Shown here: positions 56,092 to 64,000 of the stretch, piece after piece
How the letters are laid out: each line of letters begins with the position of its first letter
Position numbering within the stretch: position 1 is the first letter of the stretch
Assembly: GCA_964016885.1 (NCBI GenBank)
Contig: OZ024743.1
Span: 286,440,001-286,504,000 of the forward strand
Origin: Eledone cirrhosa
Taxonomy: Eukaryota
Direction of reading: 5' to 3'
Length of the DNA: 64,000 nt
Position numbers and translations under genes: made by a program
Notes under the pieces: model-generated
What the model was told of the DNA's origin: nothing
The model's database searches: none
What the model saw: the letters and a program-made list of their open reading frames with translations, nothing else

Positions 56092-56237
56092 TAATCTACA
56101 AACGTATATAGTTATATCTATGTAACCAACCACACCGTGACCCTCAGCTCGCCCCTCAATGTGTAAGAGGAAAGTTCTGAGTGACAGGGAAAAGAGTAAG
56201 TATAATACTGAAAAGTGTGTGCTAGATAGATATATAT

Positions 56238-56294
<57 letters not shown>

Positions 56295-56533
56295 GGGGCA
56301 GATAGGTAGAGAGAGAGCGAAGGAATGAAGTAGAATATATAAGAGAGAGAGAGGTGGAGAGGGAAAGGGAGGGAGAGAAGGAAAGGATTGGTGTTATGAT
56401 CAGTATTGTCTGCCTATCAATATCCCCCGCCCTCCCCCATGTAAAGTGACGTCAATGTTAGCTGGTCTCGATATTCAATTATGTGGTCGAGCATTAGATA
56501 CTGAATGATTAGTTTATGAAAGAGCCTCTATTT

Positions 56534-56938
56534 CAGAGGTTCTCAAAGTGGGAGATATCGTCACCTCCCGGGGTGGTGGTGGTGGTGGCTAGCGTTGAGA
56601 AGGTCCGGGTGGGGTGGGGGAGGAGCTGTGGACTAAGGGCTGGTGATAGTGGTGCGGTAGAGATGATATAATAATATATTATAATAGTATATTATAATAG
56701 TATATTAAATATCAAATGATACATATATATAACTATAGTAAAATAAAAAGCATATATAATATTCATTTATACATAGTATATATTATATTATTTATTATAT
56801 ATAAATTAACGAATTTATTTATTATATATTATTTACAATTTGCGTGTAGGTAGGTCTCTCTGGAAATAGGGTTGGGGGCGCTGAGGGTGTTATGTGGCCG
56901 TGAGGAGGGCGGTGGCCCCAAAAGTTTGAGAACCTCTG
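56534..56938. mobile_element. hAT-Charlie-type MITE
   Basis: Perfect 14-bp TIR CAGAGGTTCTCAAA; 8-bp TSD CTCTATTT/CTCTATGT. Confidence 0.9.
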
Positions 56939-57012
56939 CTCTATGTAGATACCCTCCTATCTTAAATTAAGGATATATTAATATAGTTTTTACAAAAGGA
57001 AGGGCGGTCATA

Positions 57013-57199
57013 TGACGGTCGGCTAAAAAGTTCATAGGCTGACCAAAATATTCTCATGGAATGACCAAATGAGGTTATTTTTCAACATGGAAAGAAACAA
57101 AGCAGTTATTAATAAGAGTTGAAATTGATGCGTGCAATATTTCACATCTCTAGCATCACTCCTTCATAGTCAGTCGATGAACTTTTCAGCCGACTTTCG
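57013..57199. mobile_element. Mariner-type MITE
   Basis: TA|tGAcGGTCGGCTAAAAAGTTCATAGGCTGAC ... GTCAGTCGATGAACTTTTCAGCCGACTTTCG|TA. Confidence 0.85.
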
Positions 57200-57494
57200 T
57201 AACTGGAACTCCTTTCATCATAGGTTCATTCGACCAAGGCTAATCTGGGGTTGAACTACAACGACAACCAATCTCTGCCGCAAATACTCGACCGTTGGGA
57301 AGGACACGAGTGTCAAGACTCCAATTTAGCCGTCCGTTAAAATGATAATAAAAGGTCAACCAATTGATAATTTATCTCACTATTGCACACTCATGTTATT
57401 TAGTCTCTGATGTACAGAACAATACCGGAAACAGTAAAATGAAATCACCACTGGTATTGCACTCTGACTTACGGGGAAAATATATCAGTCCATA

Positions 57495-57645
57495 CATTTT
57501 AGTATCTCCTCTATTGACATTCCAGACATGGAAAACGCTGTATTACGACGTCCTTGAGGATTAAAGTCATTTTAGTATCTCTGCCATTGAGATTCCATAC
57601 ATACACAGAAAGCGTTATATTACGTCCTTGGGATTTTAAGTCATT
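57495..57645. repeat. Degenerate ~73-bp tandem duplication
   Basis: CATTTTAGTATCTC..ATTGA.ATTCCA.AC...TATTACG..TCCTTG.GATT.AAGTCATT twice. Confidence 0.7.
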
Positions 57646-58008
57646 ATTGATCTTCCGTACAATTTGATTACGTCGCTTCTCAATTCATCCTATTTGTCAG
57701 CGGCTAATTACATAAATTATTAGGTAGTGACAAAAGGTCGATATTTTATAATGGCAACAGAAAGACAACGTATTCTAACAATGTAGGAGAATTGAAATAA
57801 TTGTTTCTACTTTAGGCACAAGGCCAGCAATTACCCAGTGCATTACTGGTACTTTTTGAAATAATGATAATTTATTCTTATTCAAATACATTTACTGAGA
57901 TATTCAATAACAGATGCGATAAAAAATAAAAACAGCTGTAAATTGTTTTAATTTATTTAGGAATAGTAATAACGATTAAGCAGATTATACATACATACAT
58001 TAAAAAAC

Positions 58009-58190
58009 TGGCACTCCGTCGGTTACGACGACGAGTTTTACAATTGATTCGATCAGCGGAAGAGCCTGCTCGTGAAATTAATGTGCAAGAGGCTGAGCAT
58101 TCCACAGACACGTGTACCCTTAATATAGTTCTCTGGGAGATTTAACGTGACACTGAACATGACAAGGCTGGCTCTTCGAATTACAGGTAC
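58009..58190 (-). mobile_element. OK-like SINE, 3' part
   Basis: Homologous to 2492-2670. Confidence 0.85.
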
Positions 58191-58373
58191 ATACATACAT
58201 ACATACATATGCATGTATATCAGGATTAAACCAGTTTTAAACTAGTTAGACTATTATTCAACAGAGTACTTGATATTTGGGATAGTAGAGTAAGACTCGG
58301 GGCTCGAGTCAGGAACTAGCAGTTAAAACGGCAAGAGCTCAGCCGTCGGACCTCGACTCTTTCTACACACACA

Positions 58374-58423
<50 letters not shown>

Positions 58424-58450
58424 TACACACACACATGCACACACACACAT

Positions 58451-58530
<80 letters not shown>

Positions 58531-59108
58531 GTATGTAAAAGGTAGACAGAAATAACAACACAATCGGGTCAGTATATGGAAGGGATATATTAGGTTAACG
58601 CTTGATATGTCAGGAAGAGGGTCTTAACGTTTCGGACGCTAGTCCTTCATCAGAAGAAAGAATGAGAAATAAGATAGACTTAGGGGACGGGCGGGTTGTA
58701 ATTGGAAAAAATGTCTAAAGATAAAAATAACAGGTCCATTCATGTTGACATCTCTTGGAAAACTGATGGTGCTGGCGTTTTGTATATGATTTATTTTTTA
58801 GAAAAGTGGATGATGGAGCGCGTCTATCTGAACTGGAAAAAAACCGTTTTGTAAAAAGAACTATACTTATATATATATATATATATATATATACCACCAC
58901 CCCACTCTCCAGAGCGTGAAATTAATAAACATTCGTTGTACTGCCTCTCTGTTTTGTTCCTGTTCAAATTTTTCCATTATATATATATATAAGCCCCGAG
59001 TCTTACTCTACTATCCCAAATATCAAGTACTCTGTTGAATAATAGTCTAACTAGTTTAAAACTGGTTTAATCCTGATATACATGCATATGTATGTATGTA
59101 CCTGTAAT
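58180..59108 (-). mobile_element. Penelope-like relic bracketed by a ~120-bp inverted repeat (58180-58304 / 58992-59108)
   Basis: Arms match except for (TACA)n length; internal hammerhead and RCQH-like ORF end. Confidence 0.7.
58621..58657 (-). ncRNA. Minimal type I hammerhead ribozyme
   Basis: TCTT-CTGATGA-a-GGAC tagc GTCC-GAAA-CG-TT-AAGA; palindromic ACGT stem III. Confidence 0.7.
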
Positions 59109-59139
59109 ATATATATATTTATTTATTTATTTATTCAAG

Positions 59140-59520
59140 TCATGGATAACGGTATGTCCTGTATTGAAATAATGTTCTTTCAAATCCCTTTACTCTGTTG
59201 AAATAACGTTTCTTTAAATCCTTTAATCCTACTTTCAAAGGAAACAAGGCAGACCTCACAAAACTTGATTGTGGTCTGTAGAGAAGGTCCGTAAAAAGAC
59301 TTACACACGTGTGAAATGAAGATCTCTCGTCACTCAGTGCTCCATAGAGAGCAAAAGGAACACACACGTGCTTTTTCTCCTTAAAAAAAAATCCGTTTCT
59401 TCCTCTTCTCACTCTCGTCTGTCTTTCTATTTCTGCTTTTGTTTCTTATTCTAGCTTCTGGCGAAGAAACAACGTTTGAAACGTCAAGACTCTTTTCGTA
59501 CTTTATCAAGCGTTAAGCTA
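59140..59520 (+). mobile_element. Decayed Penelope-like 3' relic with mutated hammerhead (59454-59490)
   Basis: CTT-CTGgCGA-ag-AAAC aac GTTT-GAAA-CGTC-AAG; upstream remnants L.SVEK ... VTQCS. Confidence 0.4.
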
Positions 59521-59591
59521 ATATATATCTTCATATTGTACTGTTTAATTTTCCTGCGTTGTTTCTCCATTTAGTTTTTATATATATAAAT

Positions 59592-59729
<138 letters not shown>

Positions 59730-59971
59730 GCGTGTATGTGTTTGTGTATACGTGCGCGTGAGTGTGTGCGGCTGTGCAAAATATAATCGAATTTCTCTTG
59801 AGACACTATTGTCTTAAATGTGAACAATTCTATAAATTACTTTACATCAAAAGCAGACAAAAAGGATTTATTCTTTCATATTAATGTAAAATAATGTACT
59901 TCATAACCAATTCCAGCTCTATCAATTCCATAGAATTGTGAACAGACAGACATGTAAACTAACAGACAGAC

Positions 59972-60066
59972 AGCTAGCTAGCTAGCCAGCTAGCTAACTA
60001 GCTGGCTAGGTAGCTAGCTAACTAGCTGTCTAGCTAACTAGCTGGCTAGCTAACTAGCTAACTAAC
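59972..60066. repeat. Degenerate self-complementary (AGCT)n microsatellite
   Basis: Direct reading. Confidence 0.85.
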
Positions 60067-60128
60067 ACACACACACACACACACACGCACACACGCACAC
60101 ACACACACGCACACGCGCGCGCACGCAC

Positions 60129-60193
<65 letters not shown>

Positions 60194-60248
60194 ACGGCGA
60201 TGAATTAGTTTTGCGAGGTTTTTTATATGAAATTGTATGTCGAAACAA

Positions 60249-60552
60249 ATATTGTTATACTTGGGGAGGGTCATATTTGTGTAATATTGCCAGAATTAAT
60301 AACAGAACACACTCACTGTTTGGTTGGTTTTCGCTTTTCGCTTCTGTGTCTTTTATATCGGTAATCTAATTTACTCGGTCCTCAATGTTGCCATTGACTG
60401 ACCGACGGTCAAAAATAATACAGATACAATATAGACACAAACACATATATATAGTTTATCATAAATCTTTCGTAGCACATCTGCAACATCGTCAGAGTGT
60501 GTTCTGTTATTAATTCTGGCAATATTACACAAATATGACCCTCCCAAAGTAT

Positions 60553-60560
<8 letters not shown>
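60249..60560 (-). mobile_element. Solo pLTR of the 15440-16545 Penelope-like family with fold-back end
   Basis: 60249-60495 is the reverse-complement homologue of 16296-16543; 60496-60560 is an inverted copy of 60249-60313; hammerhead core at 60462-60495. Confidence 0.85.
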
Positions 60561-60937
<377 letters not shown>

Positions 60938-61699
60938 GGCATAGAGTCAGACAGACAGACAGACAAATATATAGATAGATAGGTGAGTAAATCATATATA
61001 GGTAAACGACTTTGATTACAAGGTGAATTGTTAAAACGTAACAGTGCTGGAGGGACAGATTGGCAGATACATGTTATCACTAATATTAATACTTTTGTTA
61101 TAGCAATAGAAATTGGGGCAGTAACCATGAATATTTTTCGAAGAATTCTGTTTCACCTTTCCTCATCGACAGATATCGATTCACATCTATAAATAGACCC
61201 ATTCTTAATATCCTACACTTCTTTTCATTTCCCAACTAATATTTCATCAATACCTGCGTATTGATTACCTTTAATCGTTCGTATTGCCAGTTCTGCTTTT
61301 ACTACGTCCTAGTATTCATTCTATTTACTTTTACAGCCGACCTTCAAACCACCACCGTCAAAATGGAAGGGTATAAGCTGTAACTCGACTTGCTAGAAGT
61401 AGCAACCAAAGTCTATATGAAATCGCACACTGCCGTTTTTTTTTTTAAAGGACACATTGTATAAAGTATACTTAAAAAAAAAAAAGATTATCACAGATGG
61501 ATCCTTTATCCCATACTGTTTCACACTGATTCTTCTAGAGAATTACGAAAATAGTACATGTATCTGTAGAATGCTCAGCCACTTACACGTTCATTTTTGA
61601 GCAGGCTGTTCCATTGATCGAACAACTGGAACACTCCCCGTCGAAATAAACGGAAGTCTATACCGTCTGATTCTATCATACTATATATTATAATAAAAC

Positions 61700-63907
61700 T
61701 ACTGCAACTGGCAGCATAACGGGAGAATTCCCAGTTCTGTGACCAGGGGCGTAGTCACACTAGTCAGGAACGACCGAGAATAAGGGGGATGACATAGGCA
61801 ACTTCCGGCCCATAACTCTGTTAAACACAGAGTTACAGATTTTGGCCAAGGTGTTGGCAAAGAGGCTGGCGCTTGTCGTCGAAAACCTGGTGGGAGAAGC
61901 GCAGACATGCGCAATCCCGACCAGGTCCATACACGACAACCTCCACCTCATGCGTTACATCATAGAGAGGGTAGGGTGTAAACCCGGCTTCGGTGGGGCC
62001 CTGATCAACTTGGATCAGTCTAAGGCTTTCGATAGGGTTGACCATCGTTACCTGGATGCGGTGCTCGAGGCGGCAGGCTTCGGACCCGTGTTCAGGGGCT
62101 GGATTGCTGCAATGCACAACAGCAACATCTGCTCAAGGGTCAAGGTGAACGTTCCATATCACGCGATCCATTCGACAGGTATGCCCTCTCTCCTCCCTTC
62201 TGTACGTACTGACTCTCGAGCCACTACTGTGGAAGTTGGAGCTATTTCAGGGCATCCCTCTGGAACCGGGACTGCGGAAAGAAAGCGGCGTCGGCCTACG
62301 CCCACGACGTGATAGTAGTGGTGTCGAGCACCTCGCAAATCGAGGAAGTTGGCACCTTACTGAAGGAATACGAAAGTTTCACAGGAGCGAAGCTGAACCG
62401 GGACAAGTCTATCGGTTTGCAACTCGGATCGTGGAGAGGTAAACCGATGCCTTCCGATGACGTCGTCGGACGCTGGACGGAAGAACCGGTAAAGCTGCTC
62501 GGGGTCTGGTTTGGTCCGGACCTCCAGGTGGAGAAGAACTGGAACGAAGTGACGGCCAAGGTGTTTGCACTCACCCAGAAGTGGGCCGAGTGCAAACTAT
62601 CCTTGAAAAGTCGAGCGGAGGTGGCGAACACTTTTATAGCGTCCGTCATCTACTACCGCTTGACCGTCGTGCCTTGTCCAGCCAAAACGCTCACCAAAAA
62701 TGGAGCGCGTGCTCTTCCAATTCCTTTGGAGGAAGCGGGCTCCTTTGGTGAGAAGATCCATCTGCTCTCAACACCTTTCCAACGGAGGGCTGGGGATGCC
62801 GTGGCTGACGATGCGCAAACACGCGCTCAGGCTGCGGCATCTCTACGTATTCCTCACCGGACAACCGGTGTGGGCCCCGTTCGTGAGGCGAGCCTTCCCA
62901 CGACTCGTCTCGCTGACCGAGCTGCAGTCCTGGGTCAAGCAAAGACCGAGGAAAATGGGCGACTGGCACATCGAATGTGCTCAGGTGCTCACAGCCCTCT
63001 GGCAGGCGGACCCGGCGATCAGTGGAGACTCCACTTCGTCATTCTATAGAGGATTGATCTGCAGCAAATGCGACGACGCTCTAGACGTAGAGGAAGACGA
63101 ACTGGCCAGTCTGTTCGGTAGGACCTTTCGCCCGGGACCGATGGACAACTTCCAAAAGTCCCTGGCCTGGCAATGCTACCGAGGAGCTTTACCAGTTCGA
63201 GACAAGCTCTACAGACATGGGCGCCCGGGAAGGGACCCTTCGAAAAAGATCTGACCGAGATGTGTGCGAGACGAAGAAACCGTCGCGCACGCATTCATAC
63301 ACTTCCCGGGCGTTACCGACCTGTGGGGCTATGTAGAAAGACTATTGTCGTGGGTGGGACCAAGCTGGTTGACCACCGAGTCCATTGTCATGATCAAACC
63401 GCCACCCTCCTTCAAAAACGAAGGAGAGGCGGTTTTCCTTTGTGTGATAGCTATGGCGAAAGAGGTTGTATGGTGGACAAGGTTAAAAGGGCTGAGGTCA
63501 GACACCTTTCTCTCCGGCCAACAACTGATTCTTTTTTCAAATACCACTTTGGAAGAAGAATCAGGATGGAGAGAGAGGTGCTGTACCCCAACAAGTTTTA
63601 TGAAAGGTGGGTGACAGTGTCGAGAATGGCCCTGGTGAATGGGCCTTCTCTCTATATCAGCCTGTAGGTTGAGGAAAAAGAGGAAGAGAGGAAAGGGGTA
63701 CAAACTCTTCGTACTCCTGGAGATAAGGGCTGCACATTTTTTCGGGGGTATGTGTTACCCATATGAAATGTCTCCCCCTATTGGGGAAAATCGATTAACT
63801 TTTAAATTGCATTTGTGATAATATTTTACACGTTTTTATTGTATGTAAACTTCCCCCTTTGTATTTGTCCCCTTCTTGTGTGCCCCTGTGGCTAATAAAG
63901 AAACATA
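61700..63907 (+). mobile_element. Tx1/L1-clade LINE, 5'-truncated, diverged subfamily, 18-bp TSD
   Basis: Homologous to 46125-48330 with multiple frameshifts; tail CCCCTGTGGCTAATAAAGAAA; TSD TATATATTATAATAAAAC at 61682-61699 and 63908-63925. Confidence 0.92.
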
Positions 63908-64000
63908 TATATATTATAATAAAACAACTAGTAGTGTTTCAGTATCAAAATTATTTGCAATAAGCCTATAAACTATTAGGTCGTTGGAAACAACTCAGGG

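Overview
Repeat-saturated, AT-rich animal genomic DNA. The SINE families resemble those I recall from octopus, so it is probably an octopod cephalopod (inference). I see no host protein-coding gene, rRNA, tRNA gene or CRISPR array. The long YIYI/CVCV ORFs are microsatellite artefacts. The window contains: (i) decayed DNA transposons (MULE, two hAT types, Tigger/pogo, several MITEs, three non-autonomous Helitrons); (ii) a (TA)n satellite zone at 13.2-22.8 kb carrying a non-coding 310-bp tandem repeat with type I hammerhead ribozymes, a Penelope-like (GIY-YIG) 3' fragment, a CR1/L2-group LINE and a Helitron, bracketed by a ~100-bp inverted repeat; (iii) a ~16-kb pile-up at 37.2-52.9 kb of five non-LTR retrotransposons separated by (ATT)n runs, with three R4/Dong-like RLE elements on the minus strand and two Tx1/L1-like elements on the plus strand, one near full length; (iv) CRE-like 3' fragments, many tRNA-derived SINEs, and further Penelope relics with hammerhead motifs and fold-back ends. 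The best candidates for novelty are the hammerhead retrozyme-like array, the recurring fold-back insertion signature, and the shared use of (ATT)n by two retrotransposon clades in opposite orientations. All calls come from reading the sequence by eye; family names rest on motif recognition, not database searches.
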